DNA from: Candidatus Kaiserbacteria bacterium CG10_big_fil_rev_8_21_14_0_10_47_16
GTDB lineage: Bacteria > Patescibacteriota > Minisyncoccia > Phycocordibacterales > UBA918
NCBI GenBank assembly: GCA_002773395.1
Contig: PFBI01000006.1
Coordinates: 156,657-220,656, forward strand
Reading direction: 5' to 3'
DNA length: 64,000 nt
The translations under genes were made by a program, and so were the position numbers. Within the stretch, counting starts at the first letter, position 1; each line of letters opens with the position of its first letter. Below the pieces are notes generated by a model. It worked only from the letters and a program-made list of their open reading frames with translations, was not told the DNA's origin and made no database searches. This document shows, piece after piece, positions 1 through 10,762 of the stretch.

Positions 1-524
1 TTACGAATTTTATGTGCATCCCATGCATCTTGGAGCGTTGTGAAAGAGGTCGGGTTTGCTGACTTCAACTTTTCGCCAATTGTTGCGCCAGGGAACCCAG
101 CGCCTTCAAGTGTATCCTCAAGAAGAATGTCCGCTTCAATAATTGCAAGTCGCCAATCGTTTGGATTCTGTGATGCAACATGCGTCATCACTTCTTGCCA
201 TCGCACATTCGTACCTGTCTTCGAACCACCTCCATGAAGTTCATCCCATCGTTTTTCTCCTTCCTCAATTTGCGCATCCAAAATTTCACCAAGTTGGCCG
301 TATCGAATCTTTGCATAAATAAATCCTGCGAAAAAGAGGAGCGCGAGTGCAATAGCAATAATCGAATAGACTTGCCAAAAGTGACCAAGGAAAGTCAAAA
401 ATGACGAAAATCCGCCGGCGCTTGAAAGCGTATCGCCTCGGAAAAACGCAGTGACGCGCTCTACAATACCCACGATATCGAGTCCGCGGGTTTGATAGAT
501 GATGTCGTTGTCATCAGGAACCAT
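1..524 (-). CDS. Conserved hypothetical membrane protein, 3' end truncated by the window edge
   Basis: Manual translation from ATG at 524: MVPDDNDIIY...TM segment YSIIAIALALLFFAGFIY...WRLAIIEADILLEDTLEGAGFPGATIGEKLKS...AWDAHKIR; frame stays open to the window start. Not in the ORF track because it has no stop in the window. Confidence 0.75.
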   Translation of the reverse strand, partial: MVPDDNDIIYQTRGLDIVGIVERVTAFFRGDTLSSAGGFSSFLTFLGHFWQVYSIIAIALALLFFAGFIYAKIRYGQLGEILDAQIEEGEKRWDELHGGGSKTGTNVRWQEVMTHVASQNPNDWRLAIIEADILLEDTLEGAGFPGATIGEKLKSANPTSFTTLQDAWDAHKIR

Positions 525-542
525 ACTGGATAAGTTGAGGAC

Positions 543-1952
543 CTACAGCTCTCCATTCATCTTTTTACCAAAATCGAAGAGACGCGCGTCGCCCGCGTGC
601 GGTCCAATACATTGTACCCCAACCGGTAGGAGAACACCGTCACGATCTACTGTGCCTGCGGGGATAGAGAGCGCAGGAACACCAGTCAGGTTTGCGGGTA
701 CCGTGAAGATGTCTGCAAGGTACATCGAGAGTGGGTCACTCTTCTCGCCAATTTTAAATGCAGGTACCGGAGACGTTGGTGTGAGAAGAATATCGACATC
801 TTTAAATACCGCATCGAGTTCATCACGCATCATCTCACGCACTTGTTCTGCTTTGCCATAGTATGAATCGTAGTATCCCGCGGAGAGCACGTACGTACCG
901 AGCAAGATGCGACGCTTCACTTCTTCACCAAACCCTTGCGCACGCGTTAGCATGTAGTCATCGAGTAAATCAGCGCCGTCAACATGGAGGCCATACCGCA
1001 CGCCGTCAAATCGTCCGAGGTTCGAAGATACTTCTGCTGGCATCACGATGTAATACGCAGCAAGCCCTTTTTCCATAAGTGGAAGTGTTACATCAACAAT
1101 TTCATGACCAGCTTCTTTTAGTTTTGTGAGCGTTGATTCAAATACCGCAGAGACATCCGCATCAATACCTGTACCGAGAAAGTCTCGGGGTACTCCAATA
1201 CGGTACGTATCCTTAAGCGGTACAAGTGGGTATGTGTCAGCGTTAATTGTCGTTGCATCGAGAGGATCTTTCCCGGAAATGATGTTGTGAATTATTTCAG
1301 CATCAGCGACTGTGTTTGTGAGCGGACCTGCTTGATCGAGTGATGAGCCCATCGCGATAAGGCCCGAACGCGAGACACTTCCGTACGTCGGCTTATACCC
1401 CACAACACCGCAGAAGCTTGCCGGCTGTCGCACCGAACCACCTGTGTCAGTACCGAGCGCAGCGACCGCAGCACCCATCGCAACAGCAGCTGCCGATCCT
1501 CCTGATGATCCGCCGGGTACTCGAGATTCATCGACAGGATTTCGGGTAATACCAAACGCAGAACTCTCTGTTGAAGAACCCATGGCGAACTCATCCATAT
1601 TGGTAGCTCCTACAAAGAGTGCGCCTGCTTCCTTTAGTTTCGTAATAACAGTTGCATCGTATGTCGCGACATAATGTTCAAGCATCTTTGATGACGCAGT
1701 TGCTCGCTTCCCTTCAATTAAAATATTTGTCTTAATCGCAATCGGCATACCAAGGAGGGCTGGCGCATTTTCACCTTCTGTCTTGTAGCGCGCAGTCGCT
1801 TCTTCCGCAGACGCCATTGCATCGTCAAACACATCGACGAATGCGTTGATCGTTCCGTCACGTTCATCAATAACTTTTTGTATATCAGTAAGAGCGTCTA
1901 CTGGTGTGTAGCTCCCCTCAACAAATTTCTTTCGTAATTCTGAAATCGTCAT
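543..1952 (-). CDS. gatA: Asp-tRNA(Asn)/Glu-tRNA(Gln) amidotransferase subunit A
   Basis: Amidase signature GGSSGGSAAAVA, GTDTGGSVRQPA, NMDEFAMGSSTE, RRILLGTYVLSAGYYDSYY. Confidence 0.97.
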   Translation of the reverse strand: MTISELRKKFVEGSYTPVDALTDIQKVIDERDGTINAFVDVFDDAMASAEEATARYKTEGENAPALLGMPIAIKTNILIEGKRATASSKMLEHYVATYDATVITKLKEAGALFVGATNMDEFAMGSSTESSAFGITRNPVDESRVPGGSSGGSAAAVAMGAAVAALGTDTGGSVRQPASFCGVVGYKPTYGSVSRSGLIAMGSSLDQAGPLTNTVADAEIIHNIISGKDPLDATTINADTYPLVPLKDTYRIGVPRDFLGTGIDADVSAVFESTLTKLKEAGHEIVDVTLPLMEKGLAAYYIVMPAEVSSNLGRFDGVRYGLHVDGADLLDDYMLTRAQGFGEEVKRRILLGTYVLSAGYYDSYYGKAEQVREMMRDELDAVFKDVDILLTPTSPVPAFKIGEKSDPLSMYLADIFTVPANLTGVPALSIPAGTVDRDGVLLPVGVQCIGPHAGDARLFDFGKKMNGEL

Positions 1953-1956
1953 ACTA

Positions 1957-2247
1957 TTATTTTCGCTCTCCCAAAATTTTCTTTACCTCTACATACTGCC
2001 CCTTCCGGACCGGCGCAGCTGCAAGGATACGTTCAGTGTATTCCCCCGGCTCATGATTTGGCACATCCTCTCGCATCACGTTATACAACGCACCAATTTC
2101 CTTTGGCTTTTCGGTTGCCGTGATGTCACCAATGGCACTCACGTATCCAAGAATATCAGTAATATTTTCTGCAAGATGGTCCTGCTCAGACTCCGTAAGT
2201 TTGATGCGCGCGAGGGTCGCGAGATGTGCGATATCTTCTCGTTTCAT
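1957..2247 (-). CDS. gatC: Amidotransferase subunit C
   Basis: 96 aa, HLATLARI...NVMRED...YVEVKKIL, immediately upstream of gatA. Confidence 0.93.
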   Translation of the reverse strand: MKREDIAHLATLARIKLTESEQDHLAENITDILGYVSAIGDITATEKPKEIGALYNVMREDVPNHEPGEYTERILAAAPVRKGQYVEVKKILGERK

Positions 2248-2273
2248 ATGATGGCTATACTAGCATACACAGG

Positions 2274-5551
<3,278 letters not shown>

Positions 5552-5651
5552 TATGCGCCCATAGTGGCATAAATGGCCGAATAGGTAAATGTGTGGTATA
5601 TTCATCGCACTACACCAACCGCCCACACAGGGCGTTTTCCACTTTTGACCT

Positions 5652-7151
5652 ATGGCAAAGAAAGCAACCCCACAACCGCATATTACGAAGCGCCCACCCG
5701 TAGTAGTTATCATGGGACACATCGATCACGGCAAATCGACGCTCCTTGACTACATCCGTAAATCAAACGTCGTAGCAGGCGAAGCAGGCGGTATTACCCA
5801 ACACCTCTCAGCCTACGTTGTAGAGCACACCCCAAAGGAAGGTGAGCCTGAAACCATCACATTCCTCGATACCCCAGGACATGAAGCATTCCAAAAGATG
5901 CGTCTTCGTGGTGCCGACGTCGCCGATATCGCAATTCTCATTGTATCTGCAGAAGATGGCGTAAAGCCGCAAACACTCGAAGCCCTCGAGAGTATCAAGC
6001 AAGCAGAGATTCCATATGTCGTTGCAATAAATAAAATCGACCTCCCGAATGCAAACCTCGTCCGTACCCAATCATCACTCATCGAAAACGAAATCTATAT
6101 TGAAGGTATGGGTGGTGATATCCCATGGGTTGCCCTCTCTGCAAAGAGCGGTGAAGGCGTAGACGAGCTTCTCGATCTTGTGCTCCTCTCTGCAGAACTC
6201 GCAGAGCTGAAGGGCGATACCAATGCACCTGCAGAAGGTACCGTCATTGAAGGGCACCTCGATACCAAGCGCGGAACAACTGCAACACTCATCATTAAAA
6301 ACGGAACATTGAAGTCTGGTTCGTTTGCAGTTTCTGGAAAAACATTTGCACCAGTGCGCATCATGGAGAATTTCCTCGGAAAGACCATCAAAGAAGCAAG
6401 CCTCTCAGAACCAATCGGAATCGTAGGATGGAACGAAGTCCCTGAAGTGGGTGCATCTTTTTATACTGTAGGATCAAAGAAGGAAGCTGAAGTCGTTATT
6501 GCGGAAGCGTTGCTTAAAGAAACGATCCCTACACCAACACGATCAAGCCTTCCTACTATCCCACTCCTCATCAAGGCAGACGTGCTCGGTACACTCGACG
6601 CTATTGAACACGAACTCGATAAATTTACATCGGACCGAATCGCGGTACGTATTATTGATTCCGGTGTCGGTGACGTCACAGCGAGCGACGTACAAAACGT
6701 AAGCGCGACGAAGGATGCCATTATTGTTGGATTCAACGTAAAGATTGAACGCGCTGCGCAAGATCTTGCAGAACGACTCGGTGTTGAGATTGATACATTT
6801 GATATTATTTACGAACTTTCTGAGTGGCTCAACACCGCACTCAAGAATCGAACTCCAAAGCAAGAAGAGGAGCAAGTGACCGGACGCGCAAAAATCCTCA
6901 AGCACTTCAGTAGTCAAAAGAATGCTCACGTACTCGGTGGTCGTGCTGAAGAAGGAAGTCTCTCACGTGGACAACATGTACGTATACTCCGTCGTGATCT
7001 AGAAATTGGTCGAGGTGTCCTCAAGAACCTCCAGCAGCAGAAGTCTGACGTCCCTAAGGTGGAGACAGGAGAGTTTGGTATGCAGCTTGATTCACGAACT
7101 GAAGTTGCTGCCGGTGATTATATCGAGGCCTATACGACGGTTGTAACCTAA
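5652..7151 (+). CDS. infB: Translation initiation factor IF-2, short form lacking the N-terminal domains
   Basis: RPPVVVIMGHIDHGKSTLLD, EAGGITQH, DTPGHEAF, NKID. Confidence 0.97.
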   Translation: MAKKATPQPHITKRPPVVVIMGHIDHGKSTLLDYIRKSNVVAGEAGGITQHLSAYVVEHTPKEGEPETITFLDTPGHEAFQKMRLRGADVADIAILIVSAEDGVKPQTLEALESIKQAEIPYVVAINKIDLPNANLVRTQSSLIENEIYIEGMGGDIPWVALSAKSGEGVDELLDLVLLSAELAELKGDTNAPAEGTVIEGHLDTKRGTTATLIIKNGTLKSGSFAVSGKTFAPVRIMENFLGKTIKEASLSEPIGIVGWNEVPEVGASFYTVGSKKEAEVVIAEALLKETIPTPTRSSLPTIPLLIKADVLGTLDAIEHELDKFTSDRIAVRIIDSGVGDVTASDVQNVSATKDAIIVGFNVKIERAAQDLAERLGVEIDTFDIIYELSEWLNTALKNRTPKQEEEQVTGRAKILKHFSSQKNAHVLGGRAEEGSLSRGQHVRILRRDLEIGRGVLKNLQQQKSDVPKVETGEFGMQLDSRTEVAAGDYIEAYTTVVT

Positions 7152-7159
7152 ACATTTTC

Positions 7160-7504
7160 ATGCCCGATTTTGACCGACATGATCGTATCAATTCAATTCT
7201 CGCAACGCTTGCTGCTGAGTTTATTCGAGTTGAGGCAAACAGTAATCCTCTCATTACGGTAACCCACGTAACTATTTCTCCTGACTATCGCCGCACCACT
7301 ATTGGCTTCACGACCATTCCTGAAGATAAACAGGACGACGCCCTGATTTTTCTAAAGCGAAATGCATCTGAGTTCAGAAATTATATTAAAAAACACGCTC
7401 ACCTGAAGTTTATCCCCCACATTGAATTTGCGATTGATTACGGAGAACGCCACCGCCAACACATAGACGATGTGGTGAGAGATATTGAAGAGGGTAAAAA
7501 ATAA
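7160..7504 (+). CDS. rbfA: Ribosome-binding factor A
   Basis: 114 aa directly after infB; ITVTHVTISPD...LKFIPHIEFAID pattern. Confidence 0.88.
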   Translation: MPDFDRHDRINSILATLAAEFIRVEANSNPLITVTHVTISPDYRRTTIGFTTIPEDKQDDALIFLKRNASEFRNYIKKHAHLKFIPHIEFAIDYGERHRQHIDDVVRDIEEGKK

Positions 7505-7549
7505 TAATACAATCCTACGCCACAGGCGTAGGATTGTATTATTATTTTT
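7496..7549. terminator. Long perfect inverted repeat, bidirectional terminator between rbfA and the tRNA-Leu trailer
   Basis: aaaaataataatacaatcctacgcc-aca-ggcgtaggattgtattattattttt. Confidence 0.8.
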
Positions 7550-7760
7550 GTGCGCGGGAGAGGACTTGATTCTTACAGAATCTGTTCAGGCTGCACCACA
7601 AGAGTACTTTGATTTTCTAAAACGCAAGCGTTAAGAAAATCTGGTCGTATGATATTTTTCATACCTCAAAATATCGACAACCTTTTCAAGTCCTCTCCAT
7701 ACAAAGAAACACCAGAGAGACTCTGGTGTTTCTTTACTTTGTGCGCGGGAGAGGACTTGA
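7547..7760 (-). repeat. tRNA-Leu(TAG) 3' trailer element bounded by a 23 bp direct repeat of the tRNA 3' end
   Basis: tttgtgcgcgggagaggacttga at 7547-7569 and 7738-7760; inverted T-arm copy ttcaagtcctctcc at 7685-7698; internal hairpins. Confidence 0.85.
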
Positions 7761-7823
7761 ACCTCCACGGATTACTCCACCAGTTCCTAAGACTGGCGCG
7801 GCTACCAATTACGCCACCCGCGC
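7742..7823 (-). tRNA. tRNA-Leu(TAG)
   Basis: gcgcggg-tggcgtaattggtagccgcg-ccagt cttagga actgg-long variable arm-ggaggttcaagtcctct-cccgcgc-a; CCA not encoded. Confidence 0.95.
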
Positions 7824-7884
7824 ATATTTGTGACCGGTGCAGAATATCATGATATGCGAGTATCGTCACGGGTTTTGTGTATGT

Positions 7885-8009
7885 CATCACGAGTCACTAA
7901 GTCGCTACGCTCATAAGTGCTGGCGATCCCGCCTCGTCTGTGGCAAAGCCGCATGACTCCGGCTCGGACAAGCTAAAATCCTGACGCAGGTCAGGATTTT
8001 AAACGCTTG
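7885..8009 (-). repeat. tRNA-Lys 3' trailer element, same modular family as the Gly, Cys and Phe trailers
   Basis: Minus strand: cggacaagc...aaaatcctgac ctgc gtcaggatttt a gcttgtccg-agccggag...gaggc...cacttatgagcgtagcgacttagtg. Confidence 0.75.
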
Positions 8010-8082
8010 TCCGCCCACTAGGACTCGAACCTAGGACCGTCTCGTTAAGAGCGAGCTGCTCTACCAACTGAGCTATGGGCGG
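8010..8082 (-). tRNA. tRNA-Lys(CTT)
   Basis: ccgccca-tagctcagttggtagagca-gctcg ctcttaa cgaga-cggtc-ctaggttcgagtcctag-tgggcgg-a. Confidence 0.93.
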
Positions 8083-8242
8083 GACTGTACCATTGTGACT
8101 GCACTGTGCAGTCTGAGGAGTGCTCTTAATGTTAAGAGCGGTAGATGAGTCTAGTAGACTCATCTACCTCCACCACCTCCGCTATGGGCGGATGTAGGTC
8201 AGAGTGTACTAAATTACACCACCGAAAACAAGCTATATAGTG

Positions 8243-8326
8243 TGTCTGGGGCGGGGATCGAACCCGCACGGTCTTGCGACCACGAAATTTTAAGTCTCGC
8301 GCGGCTACCAATTACGCCACCCAGAC
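8243..8326 (-). tRNA. tRNA-Leu(TAA)
   Basis: gtctggg-tggcgtaattggtagccgcg-cgaga cttaaaa tttcg-variable arm ggtcgcaagacc-gcgggttcgatccccgc-cccagac-a. Confidence 0.95.
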
Positions 8327-8397
8327 ATGCCGAGCATCATATCATATTTCACTTGGTTATGACTCCAATGGATGATAAAGTAATCCTTGTCACAAAC

Positions 8398-8469
8398 GGC
8401 CAGGTGGCGAAGTGGTAACGCTTCGGTTTGCAAAACCGACATGCACGGGTTCGAACCCCGTCCTGGCCT
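8398..8469 (+). tRNA. tRNA-Cys(GCA)
   Basis: ggccagg-tggcgaagtggtaacgc-ttcggt ttgcaaa accga-cacgggttcgaaccccgt-cctggcc-t (U73). Confidence 0.95.
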
Positions 8470-8655
8470 CAAACGAAACGGAGTGAAGTGCAGAGGTCAG
8501 GACAAAAGCGACAACAGTCGCTTTTGTTGAGGTTCGAACGGCGGAGCGATGTTTTGGCTATTTCTAATGCCAAAACCGCGAGCCGCGTCCAGCATTCTTA
8601 TGAACGTAGTGAATTAGAAAAAGCGGGACGAACCCCGTCCTGGCCTCAAACGAAA
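8452..8655 (+). repeat. tRNA-Cys 3' trailer element bounded by a 27 bp direct repeat of the tRNA 3' end
   Basis: cgaaccccgtcctggcctcaaacgaaa at 8452-8478 and 8629-8655; interior shares modules with the Gly and Phe trailers. Confidence 0.88.
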
Positions 8656-8681
8656 AACTGCCAGTATACTGGCAGTTTTTT
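8653..8681. terminator. Bidirectional terminator
   Basis: aaaaactgccagtatactggcagtttttt, between convergent tRNA-Cys and trhO. Confidence 0.75.
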
Positions 8682-8682
8682 G

Positions 8683-9729
8683 TTATCTTTTTATTGAAAG
8701 CCGATTCTTTTTGAATTGCTCTAATTTCTTCTTATGATTGTTCTTAATCAAACGCTTTTTTACAACCTGTGGAAGTGCATCAAACGTCATACATGTGTAT
8801 GAACAATACCCTTTCTTCTTTTCGATACATGCGGAACATCCGATAAACAAGACGTGGCACGCCTGATTTTTGCAGTGGTGATGCGTATCACACTTCTCCT
8901 TCTTGCAAAGATGGCACGTTGCAATAATGTCATTCCCTATCCGTTCCCCAAGTCGCTCATCGAAAACAAAGTTTTTCCCGAGAAACTTATTTGACAATCC
9001 TTCCCGCTGTACTTGGTGCGCGTAGTCGATGATTCCGCCGCGGAGGTGCCGTACGTTTTCAAATCCATTATGCTTCAGCCACGCACTTGCCTTCTCGCAT
9101 CGTATCCCGCCAGTACAATACAGTGCAATCTTTTTATTTTTATGAATCCTGAGTAACTCTGGAGCAATACTGAGTTCCTCACGGAAAGTGTCCACATCAG
9201 GAGTAATCGCATTCTCAAAATGTCCGATCTCGCTTTCGTACGCATTACGCATATCGACAACGACTGCATCAGGATCTTCAATATACGCATTCATCTCACG
9301 AGCGGTGAGATAGTCGCCCGTGTTTGTCACATCAAACGAACGGTCGTCGAGTCCATCAGCCACGATCTTATTTCGGACTTTGATAGTGAGTTTATAGAAC
9401 GAAATAATATCCGCCTCTTCCACTGCAATCTTATAGGGCATGCCGCGGAGTTCTGGGCGGGATTGTACAAACGCATCAAACTGATCCCAGTGCTCAGTTG
9501 GTACGTTCATTTGGGCGTTAATGCCTTCGTGCGCCACATAAATACGCCCCAAGCAGCCAAGTGCCTCGAACCGCTCATAAAGCTCGTCTCGAAACGCTAC
9601 AGGGTCTGCAATGTGTACATACCGGTAAAACGAGAGTGTGGTACGAGAAATAGCTTCACGAATGGCTCGCTCTTTTCGTTCTTTCCGAGAAAGAAACCGT
9701 TGTGGGTTATGATCTATTTTTATATCCAT
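8683..9729 (-). CDS. trhO: Rhodanese-related tRNA U34 hydroxylase (TrhO/YceA, UPF0176)
   Basis: LGRIYVAHEGINAQ, VDMRNAYESEIGHFENA, YCTGGIRCEKAS, GKNFVFDER, Cys-rich C-terminus. Start taken at MDIKID. Confidence 0.9.
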   Translation of the reverse strand: MDIKIDHNPQRFLSRKERKERAIREAISRTTLSFYRYVHIADPVAFRDELYERFEALGCLGRIYVAHEGINAQMNVPTEHWDQFDAFVQSRPELRGMPYKIAVEEADIISFYKLTIKVRNKIVADGLDDRSFDVTNTGDYLTAREMNAYIEDPDAVVVDMRNAYESEIGHFENAITPDVDTFREELSIAPELLRIHKNKKIALYCTGGIRCEKASAWLKHNGFENVRHLRGGIIDYAHQVQREGLSNKFLGKNFVFDERLGERIGNDIIATCHLCKKEKCDTHHHCKNQACHVLFIGCSACIEKKKGYCSYTCMTFDALPQVVKKRLIKNNHKKKLEQFKKNRLSIKR

Positions 9730-9812
9730 TCTTCTGTGACAGCCATCATACCGCACAGCGGTACTTGTGCAACACAAAACGGCCCTTGCGGGCCGTTTTG
9801 TGTTCTAGCTCT

Positions 9813-10115
9813 TTAGAGTGATTGTTGTGAACCACTAATCGGTATACCGAAGGTTCCAGCTGCAATCATGAGAATGGTATATGCCGAAACCATGATGAGT
9901 AGACCGATAACACCGTAGAGCATATGCTGCCGCCCTTTACTCTGCGCGCCGTCATTACCAGCATTGGCAATGAATTCAAATGCGCCCCACAGAAAAACGA
10001 GTAGTGCGACCGCGAGCATGAGTGTCATGAGCGGAAACAATATAACGTCGTTTATTTTTGCAAGGATCGACTGTGCAGCGGCTGTTGCCGATGCACTGTC
10101 AGCATACGCGATCAT
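9813..10115 (-). CDS. TrbC/VirB2-like CPR pilin
   Basis: Two TM helices with FLWGAFEFIANAG...KGRQHMLYGVIGLLIMVS motif. Confidence 0.75.
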   Translation of the reverse strand: MIAYADSASATAAAQSILAKINDVILFPLMTLMLAVALLVFLWGAFEFIANAGNDGAQSKGRQHMLYGVIGLLIMVSAYTILMIAAGTFGIPISGSQQSL

Positions 10116-10121
10116 AGGCGT

Positions 10122-10499
10122 TTAGTTGTTCGTGAGGTTTACGTTTGGAATACCTTGGATGTCTTGTTGGTTAAGACCGAGACCAGATGAGAGAAGGTTT
10201 ACAATTCCCCATACTGATACCATGATCACGAAACCTGCAATACCCCAAATCATGTAATCGCGTCCTTTTTCTTTTGCTGTTTCAGAATCACGTGAAAAGA
10301 TAAAGTATGTTGCAACTCCCCAAATGAAGAGAAGGAATGCAATTGCGAAGATGAGCGGTACAAGCGTGAAGTTAATGAAGGTTACAATGTTTGTAAAAAA
10401 CACCGTTACTCCATTAAAGTTTCCTGGGCTTGTCTGCGCAAACGCAGCTACCGCTGGGAAAAAACTGGCGAATGGAAGGGCTCGAGCTAAAAATTTCAT
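10122..10499 (-). CDS. TrbC/VirB2-like CPR pilin
   Basis: Signal peptide; FIWGVATYFI...KGRDYMIWGIAGFVIMVSVWGIV. Confidence 0.78.
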   Translation of the reverse strand: MKFLARALPFASFFPAVAAFAQTSPGNFNGVTVFFTNIVTFINFTLVPLIFAIAFLLFIWGVATYFIFSRDSETAKEKGRDYMIWGIAGFVIMVSVWGIVNLLSSGLGLNQQDIQGIPNVNLTNN

Positions 10500-10606
10500 A
10501 TATCGTTACAATTATTAATTAACTTCCTCTAATTATAGCTAAATTAGGCCTTTACAGTATAGCATCTGTGGATTACGGCCTTCCTCTTTCGGATATACGC
10601 CGTATA

Positions 10607-10635
10607 TTGACTTTTTGACATATAAATGCTATAAT
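10607..10635 (+). promoter_or_regulatory. Sigma70-type promoter of the SPFH operon
   Basis: TTGACT-N17-TATAAT, followed by a ~120 nt structured leader and an AGAGG SD before ATG 10763. Confidence 0.65.
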
Positions 10636-10762
10636 ATATACAGAGTCGGGGGTGGGTGAATCCACAAAAATTCCCCACTTCTCCTACATCATCAACCATT
10701 CGGACGCGGTAATAACCGCGCTCTGCGCGGTTCCCCGTCCTTTGACAAGAGGTACAAAGATC

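Noticed and set aside
543-2247. gatB missing from the gatCA pair
   Set aside because: Split gat operons are common and gatB is probably elsewhere; cannot be judged from this window.
5552-5722. N-terminal extensions in the ORF track (iscS, and likewise trhO, MBL hydrolase, HisRS-like, mltG, prmC, lepB)
   Set aside because: The extensions overlap neighbouring genes or promoters and lack family similarity; downstream ATGs were chosen.
7547-8655. Possible CRISPR array from recurring 20-27 bp repeats
   Set aside because: Each repeat occurs only twice and equals a tRNA end; there is no regular spacing and no cas genes.
8428-8697. 89 aa ORF with repeated RTPSWPQTK
   Set aside because: The peptide repeat is just the translated tRNA-Cys 3' duplication, and the ORF starts inside the tRNA.
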